A stretch of 64,000 nucleotides of DNA from Azolla caroliniana (Eukaryota; Plantae; Polypodiophyta), in contig JBHGNT010000010.1 of assembly GCA_043228905.1 (NCBI GenBank), forward strand, positions 19,592,001 through 19,656,000. Direction: 5' to 3'. Below are positions 31,901-44,225 of this stretch, one piece after another; position 1 is the stretch's first letter; the number at the start of each line of letters is the position of its first letter. Below the pieces are notes generated by a model. It ran no database searches. It was given only the letters and a program-made list of their open reading frames with translations, and had not been told where the DNA came from. The translations under genes were made by a program, and so were the position numbers.

Positions 31901-33232
31901 GACAACGCGATGCTAGGGCAACTTAAGGGCCTAGCATGGGGAAAGTTGGCACAAACAGGCCTCCTATCTATAGACGATTGGAGACGCATGGCTGATTCAG
32001 GAAGAGCCCAAGAGGACCTTTTCCCTCCCCTCAAGGGAGCTACGAAAATGCGGAGACTGATAGCTGAGGCAGTTGACAGGGTTCCGATGGGGGAGGCGAG
32101 AGAACATGCATGGTTCGGTCTCTTTGACGAGGCTGGAATGGTCAAGTCGCTAAAGGGCATGAGCGGATCGGGGAGTGATACAGTTTTTGGGGACAGCCAG
32201 AGCAGCGGCTCTTGGCACCCAATCCGAGTGGTGGCACAGATTGATAACATCTGGAAGACAGACCCGGATGTTGCTAAGGTGGAACCCCATTGGAGGTTAA
32301 GGGTATACGGTTATCGCCCCCTTGTCGATCTGGATTGGGACCCCGGGGATTTCAGATGGAAACATGACGATAGACTCCACCACTTCTTCGATTACACCAC
32401 TAAATTGGGTCGGACTTTGCAACTGCAGCGAGGCGGCCCCCTTCGCAACGGCTGGCGAACATTGGGCATCCCCGATGAGGCGCTCATTGCCTTTTGGAAG
32501 GGTCTTTGGCGTCTCCACATGCCTGAAAAGATCAAGCTCTTTTGGTGGCAGATCGGTCATAATGTGGTGCCCGTTGGTGAATGGTTAGATAAACGTGGCG
32601 GCCCGTTAGGCTGCCCACTGTGCTCTCTACCTATTGAGTCTCTGAGACATTGTTTGTGGGATTGCCCTCAAGCTCAAAAGGTATGGGATAGAGTGACTCG
32701 CCTCCTTGTGGCATGTGACGTTGAAGGAACAGCCTCGTGGAGCGCTACGGCATGGATTGATCACTCGGTCGAAGGGTGGACGGACGCCATCAATGCGGAT
32801 AGTTGGTGCTATGTATGCATGAGAGGCAAAATCGTCAAGATCCGTTTTGAAAGAGGCTTGCAGCCCGCATCCCCTAGGTTTCCGGAAATCTGGACGTTGA
32901 TCGCAGGTTTCACCTTGTGGTATATATGGAAAGCGCGTTGCCTCAAGGTCTTCCAAGGTACGGTACGGCCCCCGGAGGAAGTGATCATGGACATATTGTT
33001 CGCGCTTATCAGTTGCCTACGAGGGCAACTGGAAGAGGTTTGCAGCCACTCCAACGACATGACCACTGCCCGTTTGCGCTTTTGGCAGAAATGGCGGAAC
33101 ACACCTATGGTGATGCAAGGCGGGAGTGGCCCGAGGTGGAACTACCAACCCCCACGTTGGTTGTTTCCTATTCACCTGCCACCCTCTCTTCGGTGTAGGC
33201 CCCAAGAGCCGACTCGTACGAAGCAACATTGA
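28919..33232 (+). CDS. LINE ORF2: AP endonuclease, reverse transcriptase and zf-RVT (1437 aa, intact)
   Basis: TWNVQGL, LLQEH, NIYAP, GDFN, RLDRIY, SDH; WRPITILN, LDFEKAYD, RQGCPLAP, YADD, FKYLG; CPLC..ESLRHCLWDCP. Confidence 0.96.
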   Translation: MRILTWNVQGLGGGRQHQECRRLQEELNPLNIGGHIDILLLQEHHLSQERTQSLVNPLSGGWTTWWSAAQGDLHRRGGVCISISDKARYEVTSSGTLVEGRALYVLLKWNRLQIGVLNIYAPNSAPERAIFWRMLATTLPNVEAWVMAGDFNMTEHMGDRKGGTQRPIYGAELDSWAFLIGKIGVKDTWGSSLRRSSHSLHFSRAAGNARGGSLARLDRIYISSSLEELGGSFAILAGLTFSDHQPVRLDLNPPNDSKGSLNVKIPIKIMKSEEVKAGLQSIWQDTMGSESASEDLQKKLALSSSFLQEETKRALQQVRAIETKLRKAVAAAQRLLQVDPGCKWSRAKLEEAKMKVHERTLEKNRMLFRRNAAWWARKDDKVNRHFFHYKAPKGGGGRIHGLQKPDNSITEDKTEVLEMATQYYRDLLAPMHVRQNSELADRVMSCIHPKVTQEMEVVLDSPISRLELSEALRGLRRGACPSPDGLSRDFFEIHWECVIPSLEAGFQEIWSSGKMPIGLAEGMIYLIPKSQERSLELRQWRPITILNTAYKILAKVLAQRLASFLPDIIHDNQTGFVKNRCIFDNVLLLWEAMALAGRSISSSAILMLDFEKAYDRVLWPFLENVMRALGLPQKWRNCTSALYRTATSSVLMAGSRGPAFQLQRSVRQGCPLAPYLYLFITEAFSAYLQAPTSGLRGLPIPNATEDLLLSEYADDTVLFLQGDEENLQRAEHLVEDFCQAAGAKINWNKTQGLWFSEQETPRWQPHADFTWVPSGTTFKYLGFTMGRSIPKGAQLAHVQAKISKKLNQWSRSKLSFAGRVLVANQVLLATMWHSVSCWIMDPAGLHAIKAAIRGFIWSGKDNPRAAARVSWCWLTQPRAKGGLGLIDPLMQSRALLAKMVVRCLLPGKGCWKVLLRNRLQVGTPKYGRPWPDSLNWCCTSGVPPRLACHPEDRVTNSILRAWCHIRQHLVKHTPETLTEWTRQPLFWNPHVRTNDNAMLGQLKGLAWGKLAQTGLLSIDDWRRMADSGRAQEDLFPPLKGATKMRRLIAEAVDRVPMGEAREHAWFGLFDEAGMVKSLKGMSGSGSDTVFGDSQSSGSWHPIRVVAQIDNIWKTDPDVAKVEPHWRLRVYGYRPLVDLDWDPGDFRWKHDDRLHHFFDYTTKLGRTLQLQRGGPLRNGWRTLGIPDEALIAFWKGLWRLHMPEKIKLFWWQIGHNVVPVGEWLDKRGGPLGCPLCSLPIESLRHCLWDCPQAQKVWDRVTRLLVACDVEGTASWSATAWIDHSVEGWTDAINADSWCYVCMRGKIVKIRFERGLQPASPRFPEIWTLIAGFTLWYIWKARCLKVFQGTVRPPEEVIMDILFALISCLRGQLEEVCSHSNDMTTARLRFWQKWRNTPMVMQGGSGPRWNYQPPRWLFPIHLPPSLRCRPQEPTRTKQH

Positions 33233-34093
33233 AGGGCATTGCCTTGGATATAGGTAGCTTCTTACATTAAGTTAGGCCGCAAGGCAATGTAAGTGGCTCA
33301 TCTTCTTTGGCTTGATCTGAGGAAGTCTCCCCGATGTGTGTATAAATCTCCTTATAGACTCTATGTAATAATCCTTCCTAACTAATGGGAAAGTAGCTTT
33401 ACTTTGAAAAAAAAAAAAAAAAGTATAGAGGACCTCATTGAGCCCATTGTACCCTTCCAATATATTTTTCTTTTCTAAAGTTTCTTTGGTCATTTGAAAA
33501 TTGAAATTGTCCAATAAATTTGTTTTCATCTTTTGTGCTTCTTTAACAATCATGATATGTTTTGCCTTCATAGTAGCATGAGTGATCTTGATTGCCATAT
33601 GTTTAATTTATTGTCAAGTTTTCTTTTAACAATGGATTATGGGAACACAATGTCGTTTCAATGTCTGGGAGAATTTAAAAAGTGGTTTGCAACTTTGTCT
33701 ATAATAGAAATAAATTGGGTACTATTACCAAGCTTTTGTAATAAATATTTGGTATTTTATTAAGTGTGCACATGCAATTCTAGAAAACCTATTATGAGAT
33801 ATTAGCTTAGCTTGGTCAATACACAAGTGTCTTCTTCTTCTAACAATATTCCTAGCCTCTCCAATCATATCAAATAAGACATTATCACAATCTCGTAGAA
33901 TATTTGAAATATCCCAATTATCAACGAATGTAATGATGATGTTAATTAAGCAAGTGTTTCCCAACTAGCATCACATATGAACCAAGAGAGTGCCTTGGCA
34001 ATAACTTATAACCTTAGCGATGACTTAGTAATTGGCAACACTTCAAGGCATTCTTCATGATCAAACGAAGAGGGGAATTTGTTATTTGTTCAC

Positions 34094-34385
34094 TTATGCA
34101 ATTATGCAATTATGCAATTATGCAATTGTAGTCTAATATTGTGAAACTAAGAATGTACTTATCTCCACTAAAAATGGTGGTAAACTCTCAATATGCGGAA
34201 GACTGAAGACCCTTTTTATTTGATAAGTTTATCTCTTTCCCTTTGACCAACATGTCAATCACAAAGTATCACAAGGATAAATCATAATATAATATAATCA
34301 CTTTTTGTATGGTTTATGCAATTATAGTCTAATATTGTGAAACTAAAAATTTATTTATCTCCACTAAAAATGGCGATAAACTCTC
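34094..34385. repeat. (TTATGCAA)x4 followed by a ~70-bp direct repeat (34118-34190 and 34314-34385)
   Basis: TAGTCTAATATTGTGAAACTAA..TTATCTCCACTAAAAATGG occurs twice. Confidence 0.75.
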
Positions 34386-37300
34386 GATCAAATATGCCAC
34401 AAATATCTAATCCCCTTCTTATAATATTTTGTTATGACTGCCACTTTAAAAAAGTATTAGAAGTAATCTTCGCACTTTTCTTATGGTTATCTTCTACTTC
34501 ACCTACTTTTACATAGTATTTGAACATCTCTTTACATTTAATATATGGTTTATCCAAACATATCTACTAGTATGATAGTGTTAGTGCCCCCTCCATAGAG
34601 TTGTGTCCTTTGATCTTGTAACCCAACCATAGGACCTTCGATATATATTGATATCTAAATGTTGTTGATATCCACGAGACGAGTGTCCTCATTTGGCAGT
34701 AGTGACTTATACCTCCTTGTCTAACTTTATCGTCATGTTTATGTGAGCAAACGTTTTTGGGCACTTTGGTATCATAAAGATTAATGAAACATGATAGTAA
34801 TGACAAATTCTAAGAAATTATGATAGCATTGCAATCACTAATGCATAATTTTTTTCTTTGAATGCTCTCTTTCAAAAACACGCTTCCTTTCATAATGCTT
34901 TAAACAAGATGTATGGTAATGGATATGGTATTATCTCAAAGAAAAAGCCTTCCATGGGACATATTAAATTATTAGCATACAATATGTAAGCATCCACTTT
35001 ACCTCCTACATGTGGTAAAGGAGAATTATTGAAATAAACATTAAAGGGTCACTTTACATATTTCAGAAGATACATACAATATGATTTGGGATAAATAGTA
35101 GTTTCCACACTATTCGCATATGCTATTTAATTTCAATTACTTTATTTGAAATGGAAATAAGATTCAAATTCCTAGCCCCAACCCCATAACAAGATCCGAC
35201 AGTTGATTGAGAAAACTTGCTTTATCTTTTGTCCTTTGTTAATGACTCTATCCTTAGAGAACATTCACAAACAAATCTCATATGCACAAAAAAATATTAA
35301 TGAAGTCGTTGATACAACAAACTCATTTAGCACTCTCAACATAGATGACACCCTTTGATCACATTAGAGATTATCCATGGTTGTTTACATAAAATTATGT
35401 ATTGCATGGTTAACATTTTCATCATAATAAAAATTTCTTGAAATTATTAAACTTTGTTTTCGTATGAGCATAATGACCCCCTTCTTAAAATATATTATTC
35501 TTTTTAGCTAGGTGTTACTAAATCCATTGTTAATGGCTAACACCTATCCACATGTTCTGAAGAGGGTGATTGCATAACTTGTAGGAGGGGTGGAGATGAT
35601 GAGGTAGGATTGGGCGAATTTGAATACGGCTCCATCAATGTCCTAATACTTGGGTAATAAGAGGGTTTGGTAGTCTTTTAGTTTGTTACACTTGTTTATT
35701 GCTTCACATATGGATTTTACCATACTTGTGTTTGTCGTAGGAAATCGTAGTATGACATACATGTCCCACACCTTGATCATGTGCACAACTAGATAAGAGG
35801 ATTTTCCTTTTGCTTATTAACGTAACTTGTTCCTATGGTGAATGCGACAACGATAATGACAGGATGCCATTTTCTTCATCGTGATGACATATCTAACACC
35901 CTTGAGATGGCCTCATCCCCATCCCTAGAACCACCATTAAGTAGGGCGTGATTGTTTTGATTCTTAAAGTCGTTGTAGAATCATCACTTGCACTTTCTTA
36001 AAGTCATCCTTTTTTCTTTGGATGTATTCCCTACCCATATATCGCCTTTCAATATAAGGATTTCTGCCTACATGAAAGTTCCAACCTTCATGTCCCATCT
36101 ATGTGTAGGTTGCTATTTTTTTATTTTGATTTAAATGGATGAAATTCAACATTTTATGGTGCCTCAATCAATGGGTGACAAACACATCAATCACAAGATA
36201 CTTGAAGAATGTTGACTACCTCAACATGCTCTCCATTGTGAATAAAGCAAGGATGCAATGTCCTTCATTAGTTTGTTTTGATCGTCGTTAATTTAGTTTA
36301 CCAACATTAAGTAAGAGACGACTTTTTGGCAAAAGGATTGACAACATAGAGGAGATATTGCATCATCTATGTATAGAAGAATATTGGCTAGACTTTTTCC
36401 CCCAATACCAACCCATGAAGATTCATCGTCGTCCTCAACAACTAGTATAATATATTTTTCTAGCTTATAGATTAATAAGCTTGAGAGGAAAACAAAGAGA
36501 CTCTAAGACATTGAGAAAATTGTTTGAGTTATCCTCCTAAAAAGGAAACAATGACCTTGGGGACAAACTTGAAACATTTTTCACATAGTAAGTGGGGGAA
36601 ATTTTCGAAATGAACATAATTGTGGTTGTGAGAAGTATGTTTGGAGATCAGACCAAACCAATAATATGTGTAAAGGAAACCCAAGCATAGTCAAAAGGGG
36701 AATGTGACAACAAGATGTCATGCTTAGATTCATGAACTTGTTTGTAAATTGTTCTTGAACACTTTGTCTCACACTGAAGAGAATGTGAGATAAGTCATAT
36801 GGAAGCCAAGGTGAGGAATCAAGATGTTGGAAAAAGAGATGGGCTCTATCATGTATTAATGAGTGTGGTTTTCCCAAGCAAAGAAGATGGTTTTTGTAGC
36901 TAAGTTCAAAAACATTGTATAGAACATTGTGTGTCTTTTGAGAGAGAGAGAGATGATCAATATGGTGTTGATAGAACATGAATACATATCATTTTATCAC
37001 TTCCAATTTCTAGGTATGTTTGGACATATATATTTGAAGTGTGAAGTGTTCGTCTTCCCTATTTGCGATTCATTATGTCCCACTACCCATGTAGCGGTGA
37101 CGCCACTCCATTGCGATACCATTGTAGTGTTTTTTCACACACCATTATAAATATAATTATGTGTTTTCACCAAAAAAAGAAAGAGGTAGAGAGTATGAGA
37201 GAGTGACATCATTGTGGTATGTGTTCCGGATACAAACTAATATAATGGTTTTTTCACAATAAAAGAAAAATATGATAAGAAACAAAGCTTACAACTTTAC

Positions 37301-38166
37301 AAGATGGGTTTTAATTTGTTAATTTTTATTATATGAAGATAAATGGTACGCTATGCCATTTCTCTCTTGAATGCAACATGTGCAACCCTCAACTCGTGTG
37401 TTGTGTATTCGAGAAGCTTATGGTACGTGTTTATGCATGAGTGCGCAAATGTATATGTATGCATACATGTATCAAAGAAGAGGCCTCTTTTGCGCTAGTT
37501 GTCAACCAAGATAGAATATGCCATTATCGAAATGGAAATCATTATTAGAATGAATGTTGTGGGCAAGGCCTCAATTCAACATCAATGATTATGTTGTCTT
37601 GGAAAGCTTGGTTGATGCATGTGTTGTGATTCCTTCTTAGCAGCACAAACTTCAAAGTCCTCCTTTTCAATTTTTTCCCGGTATTTTAAAAAAAAAAGGG
37701 AAAGAATGTGAATTGTACTTGAATAGGAAAATATAGGACGCATAAAATTAGTTCAATGTCGCATATGTGGTTGGGAAGCACCGTTCATGTCATAAAGCAA
37801 AATATTACTTCACCTTTTGTGATGTATGCCTCAAAAAAAGGGTATGTGTGGTTGAAACTCTAACTAACAAATATTATTAAAAATAGCGTGGTTGGAACAA
37901 AAGGAGACAACCGTGTTTGGTAGTTTTTGTTGTTAAGTTACATTATACTCTTAGGTTGGATTATCATGTTTTCCATTTTTTATCTAGAGCGCAATGAATC
38001 TCTTTTATAATCTTATTTTAAAAGCACAACAACAAGGAAGTTACCAAGATCACCTTGGTTAAAAAGTAACTTTTAACTTGTGACAATGGCGCTCTATGGC
38101 TTGAAAACCAAACTTCTAATTATTATCTTGTACAACTAAATTCCAACAAGTCCAAATGTAAAACAC

Positions 38167-38215
<49 letters not shown>

Positions 38216-40529
38216 GAAATGGAAGATACTCATGGTGCACCTTCGTTCGAGAAATCAATCGTCAAACGAACAACTTATATATCAATCATGACTAGACCTA
38301 GTTTCAGAATATGTTTTATATTATAGTTCATGCTCTAGTCCCATAATGAATACTTCGGTGAAAAGGAATCTAAAATGTTTGTCTTTCCCAAACGTTTTGT
38401 GATTTATAGGGGTGATTCATCCAAGGGTGAACATGGAAATTTCAATATTTGGAATACAAAAACAAATATTTCACAGAGTTTTTATATACAATTGATTGTA
38501 CATAGTCAAATACCAGCAGCTGTTGAACGAAGATTATTGAAGGAGACTTGCTTTCCTGGAATTCCATAATGAAATGATTATTTGTGGATCTTCAACTAGT
38601 TGAGTGCACACATCCACACTTATTTGTGTTTGGAGAATCGACAATGTTATTTATTAACTCTATTTATTTTATGATATCATGAATTGACTGTCGGACGCGA
38701 CCAATTATACAACTTGGGCAACTTATTGAAAATAAATATCAACAAACATTTACAAAGCCATAGGGTGGAGTTTGTCTATTTTGTGGCGCTTGTATTACTT
38801 TTACATTTTGTCAAATCTCAAATTGACATGGAACGGAACTAATTTGGGCAAACACGTACGACTATTTTGAAATAAAGAGCCACAAATGTTAGGAGTAGTG
38901 AGAGACATTGATAGGGAGGGTGGTTAAATTCAACGAGCGTGTTACTACATTCTATGGTACCGTAGAATGATTGTACGACATGCTAACTCAACAAGTTGTA
39001 ACTTGTAAAAGATAGCCAGTTATTAAAATAGGCGACACACTAGTAAGGACGACAAGCTCATTTCACAACCAAGATGTACATTGCTATGTCAACTACTACG
39101 AGGCTTGTCGAACATAAATTTACACGAGGGAATTTTTATGTAGCAAGATTGATGTCATGTTAAAAGTTCTCGTCGAGGATTCGAGTTGCGTGTAGATGTG
39201 ACTAATAAAGAGTGCAAAATTGAAAAAAGTCTTCTAAAATAGATGTGCATGGAAGATATACATAGTAAGCCGCATGCACATACATAATGGATGTGTAACA
39301 TAACACTCATGAACCGTCAACTACATTAAATAATTGAAAAACTCATCGAATTGAAATCTATAAAGATATAAGATGTATGAAATATCATTGATGTCTAACT
39401 CCAAGGGGGGATGGACCTAAGCAACAAAATGTAGAAACAATATTAGTGTGAGGTTGCAGTACAAATTGGTTGCTTGACACAGGTTCACCAAATAACACGC
39501 ATCAGTGTGATTTTGGCTTATTTATAGTGATTCTAAAACATTTTCAAAATGCAAGGAAGCTGTCTTTGAAGAAAAAGTAAAAGAGGGAAAACTCTAATGG
39601 TTGGGTTTCTCAATGTCGAATTCCTTGCATTTCAAAGCAAAAATCCAGAAATTTGTTTCCTATTAAGTGAGGGGGACCACCTCCAACATTTGGTTATTTC
39701 ATTTGATTAAAATATAGAAATCCTTAAGCAAACACATGTATCACTTGTTTAGTTTAAGAAATTTTCTAATATACATTTTGGATGGATGCATGTGCAAGCA
39801 CGCAAAATGGTCAATAATGCACATCCCGCACGTCTCAACTCTCCGTGTATATGTCTTGCACAAACATAATAGATATAGAAACATGCTTATGCATGTATAT
39901 GCATACACACGACAGGGTGCGACGAAACATAATTGACAGCATGGAAAAAAAAACAAATGTCTTTTTTTTCTATACATAGAAAACACACGACATGTGTCAC
40001 TATACTTGTGCGCATGCATGTGCGTGTTTAGTTGTGGATGTATATATAACAAATAATGTGTTTTGATACTCATTTTGGGGAGAAGGGGATGTGGAACGTT
40101 TAGGGTGTGGATAGTTGAAGCAACAAGGGGAGTTTTAAGTTTGACGATTTGTGTCTTTAGCTAGAGACAGTCAAGGGTGTTCCAGTGCATGTAGTCATGT
40201 ACCAAGTACGAGAATGGGGATGGCAACTAAGGGTGAAGTTTGGGTGCATATGCGTGGGTGTAGGAATAGGAGTAGGCCTGTTAAGAGACAATGCTATAAT
40301 AAAAAGAAGTTGGGAAGGTAATACCAACAACCATTAGGGGTGCGAAACATGCATTTTCACACTTAGCACGAAAGCATAGATGAGCTTCTTGCATTTGTGT
40401 GTGTTGGATAAGATATGAACGGAACTAGATGAACCGGTGGTTTTTGCAAGACAATCGGCGTGGGGGTTAGGGTAGGGAAACAACGAGGAATTGGAGAGAT
40501 CTCTGGGTAAGTTGGCAACTGTGCGTGGA

Positions 40530-40530
40530 A

Positions 40531-40565
<35 letters not shown>

Positions 40566-40995
40566 CACGTGAGACAACCGAAATGTGAGATTCTCTCTAG
40601 CGACATGTTGTCGAGTGGGGGAGCCTCACATCGTGGGAGAAAGAGAAGGGACAATGGGCAGACAAGAAAAGGGTTGGGGATGGGGGGGGAAGGGAAAAAA
40701 TAATATATCATGTAGAAAAGAAAGGGAGCTAGAATTCTTCTTCATGATAAAGAAATGAAATAAACACAAAGGTGAGGCTATAAAGAAAAAGAAAAAGAAA
40801 AAGAAAAAGGAAGCAAACAAACCAAGTAATAAAAAAAAGGGAATACTCTTTGTTTTGGGCATAGTATTGGCCATACATACATACATATGCACATACATGC
40901 ATACATACATACATATGCACATGCATATACATATATACTATCGACACTCACAGACATTCACACTATACACACTACACACACATACACAAATACAG

Positions 40996-41036
<41 letters not shown>

Positions 41037-41123
41037 TACATACATACATACATACACACTATACACACATACACACATACACATACACAAATACACAAAT
41101 ACACAAATACATATCTTCATACA

Positions 41124-41154
<31 letters not shown>

Positions 41155-41560
41155 GTGTTTGTATGTGAGGAACCAAATAATTGGGGGGGGGTGGCAAGCC
41201 TTTGTTTGGTTATTTATTATTATTATTATTAGTAGTAGTAGTATTTGCTTTTGTTAAAATTATGTATGTACATATGTAGTTTCAGGATTTGAAAGAGCAG
41301 GAAAAAAAAAACAGGAAAAGGAAAAGAGGAAAAAGAAAAAAGAGGAAAAAGGCAAAAGCAAAACGCAAAAAGCAAAAGGAAGGGGGGGGGTGGGGGGGGG
41401 GGGAATGGATGGATGGGGCAGAGTTCGAATCCGGAGTGGGGCCAATTGCTTCTTATTTTTCTTTTTGTTGTTGCGTATGTATGTATGTATGTATGTATGT
41501 ATGTATGTATGTATTTTGGTCCCCGCATGAAAACCAACAAACCAACAAACCAACAAACCA

Positions 41561-41601
<41 letters not shown>

Positions 41602-41920
41602 TCTGTGTGTGTCTACTTCTGAGCCGACAGCCCATCCCTTGCCCCTTCTTCCTTCCATCTCTGCAGGAAAAGCAAAACCCATACATATACATATATAGTA
41701 TTGTGAAATGCACAATAGATTGATATTTTTGTATATAAATAAATAAATAAATAAAAAGATAAATAAATAAATAAATAAATAAATAAATATATATATATGC
41801 CTGTGTGCATCTTCTCTGCTCCCTCACATCTATTCATTCACAGAAACAATACAGAAGACAGATAGTGAAAGTCAGAATCAGAGACAGAGAGAGACAGAGA
41901 GACAGTTTTGAAAGAGAGAC

Positions 41921-41972
<52 letters not shown>

Positions 41973-42170
41973 ACAGAGTAGAAAGAAAGAAACAGCGCGG
42001 GTGTGGAGAGAGTTTTGAGAGTTTTGAGAGAGAGAGAGAGAGTAAGTAGTGAGGAACAGAGGGCCGAAAGACGCAGTGACGGAGAAGCAAAGGCATTGAG
42101 AAGATCTGAGAGATCTTTGTTTTCTGTATCTTTCTAGACTCTCTCTCTCTCTCTATCGACTCTGTCTGTC
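40530..42170. repeat. Dense microsatellite field upstream of Aux/IAA: (GA)n, (CA)n, (TACA)n, (TAT)n, (TATG)n, (AAAT)n
   Basis: Seen directly. Confidence 0.95.
41881..41975 (-). promoter_or_regulatory. Cluster of five TGTCTC auxin-response elements
   Basis: GAGACA at 41881, 41891, 41899, 41916 and 41970. Also TGTCGG at ~41624 and a G-box/AuxRE overlap CACGTGAGACA at 40566-40576. Function is inferred. Confidence 0.5.
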
Positions 42171-42214
42171 TGTGTTTTTTTGGTTTGGGTCAATCCGTTC
42201 TTCCTCCCCCCTCA

Positions 42215-44225
42215 ATGGAGACATTTACAGATCACAGCTGCGATGATGGAATCATCTCTCTCAAAGAGCACGATTACATCGGCTTTTCTTCCTCCTCCGA
42301 AGTCTCTTCCTCTTCATCATCCTCACCTCATGATGAGATTATCAATGGCAGCTTAGTGTGCGAAACTGACCTTAATTTAGGTCTTGGATTGGGTTTGAGC
42401 TTAACTACACCTGATCCCATCTCTTCTTCTTCTTCTTCATCATCATCATCATCATCTTCTTCTTCATCGGCTTCTTCTTCGTCATCATCATCTTCCTCAA
42501 CGACAGAGGTTTCAATAACTAACTCAAACCCCAACAAGCTGTTTGTGAAAAGGAGCTACTCCGACATGGCTTTGTCGGATTCAGGTGTGAAAACGTCCAT
42601 TCCAATGTGGTTTGATCAGAAAGAGAATCCAAGGAAAATTGATCCCTCCCACAAACCTCAATTGGAGCCTGTGAATGAAGAAATAGAGATCACACCGCCT
42701 GCCAAGTAAGTAACTTTATCTCTATTTTTTTCGTTTGCAATTAATTCTTTCGTTTTTTTTCTTTTTGCGAATTCATACATTATTTTGGTATTTTATCTCA
42801 CACATTCCATTATGATATGATCTATTGACAAGGCACTGGAAAAATGTGGTGAACCACTTCGTGTATCATGTTTATGTTAATTTCATGTGATCTTTTGAAT
42901 TAATGTTGTATGAAACCTAGAACATATGTACAACATATTGGAACTGATCTTTCAGCTTCTCATTGACATTCTGCTTATTTATTCTGCGAATACTACCTGT
43001 GAATTCTGCATTTTTCTCACGATTTTTATTATTGGAGATCCTTTCAAAAAAATGATTTGACTGTAAAAAGGTAGTCATTAGTTTTCGACCTAAAACAACC
43101 TTAAACGGGTAGGCAATTTTGTGATTATTATATCAGTCCCATTTATAGAAACGTTTTCTTCTGGTTTACCAGAGATCAAATTGTCGGTTGGCCTCCAGTC
43201 AGATGTTACCGAAGACAGACACTCAGCAGACCAGTTGAGACCTTCGTGAAAGTTAACATGGATGGCATCACTGTTGGGCGTAAAGTCGATCTCAATGCAT
43301 ATACTTCATACGAAAGTCTTATGCAGGCATTAGAAGAGATGTTCCAACCGTCATACAGTGGTACGCTTGTTTCTCAAAAGTTTCATTATCTGCCTGACTC
43401 TTGTACTGTTACTAATCGTAATTTTTTTTTTTGTTTGATGTACTTTGTTGTAAAAGAATCCATTTCTTGTATGAATAAGAAGAACATGTTCATCAGAAAA
43501 ACATCCATTTTTTTGTATAAATTCTATATATGTAACCATAGCATATGAATGCAACACAAGGGAATTCTACATATAGATAAGAAGGGTATGGAACATTTAA
43601 TGAGAGTATAATAAGGATTCCGGTGCTCTTTACTCATGAATGTATGTGATGGAAAGGGCTTACATACAGTTAATGGCTTGCTGTAAAGACTTACAATTGA
43701 TTTGATTTCATCCTACAGCTCAAGGACCGCAACGAATTGCTTCTGGAAGAGATCAACACTTTTTACTCTGTAGCGCCTCAGATTTTGTTTTGACTTATGA
43801 GGATAAAGACGGTGATTGGATGCTTGTTGGAGATGTCCCTTGGAGGTATAAATAGTTCTTTTGCTGCATTCATAATATCAATGCCTTCCTTTTTTATTTT
43901 GGCTTTCACTGAATTGCACAACAATATCCCTACCATTTTAGGTATTTACAGTAGTATACAATTTGACTGCGACATAGGGGTATTATGGTTAATTTTGGTC
44001 TTAGAAGCATTCTGCTAAATAACCAACAAACTAAGGATATTTTGATGCTTTTCTCCAAAAATTAATCGCCAAAGTTTGGCAAACACTAATCATACATAAC
44101 CCATTTGTCTTTTATTTTATTTTATTTACAGCATGTTCATCTCAAGTGTCAGAAGATTACGGATAACTCGGTCCTTGGAAGCTAATAGTTCCGGTACATA
44201 CAATTCGGTGTTCAGAAGTGCTTGA
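42215..44225 (+). CDS. IAA: Aux/IAA auxin co-receptor/repressor; exons 42215-42705, 43173-43360, 43719-43845, 44132-44225
   Basis: LKEHDYIG motif. Domain [14 protein letters not shown] motif. Degron [11 protein letters not shown]1 domain [14 protein letters not shown] and [30 protein letters not shown] introns keep the frame. A further splice near 44193 cannot be excluded. Confidence 0.95.

Larger units (their letters stand above)
26984..33420 (+). mobile_element. Full-length L1/Tx1-clade LINE
   Basis: 14-bp TSD AAGTATAGAGGACC at 26970-26983 and 33421-33434. Poly(A) at ~33407-33420. 5' UTR with repeats. ORF1 and ORF2 overlap at ATGA. Confidence 0.95.

Noticed and set aside
33440-39700. Possible decayed DNA-transposon or gene remnants (also 45850-47050, 56000-62600)
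   Set aside because: Short, stop-ridden, AT-rich frames with no motif or terminus I could confirm by eye. A tBLASTx/RepeatMasker run is needed.
41414-41445. tRNA gene (GTTCGAATCC)
   Set aside because: Isolated B-box-like motif with no T-stem pairing, A box or cloverleaf. The same applies to GGTTCAAGTCTC near 58570.
40626-42096. Many 60-150 aa ORFs (HTHT, CVCV, RERE, LSLS)
   Set aside because: Translations of microsatellites.
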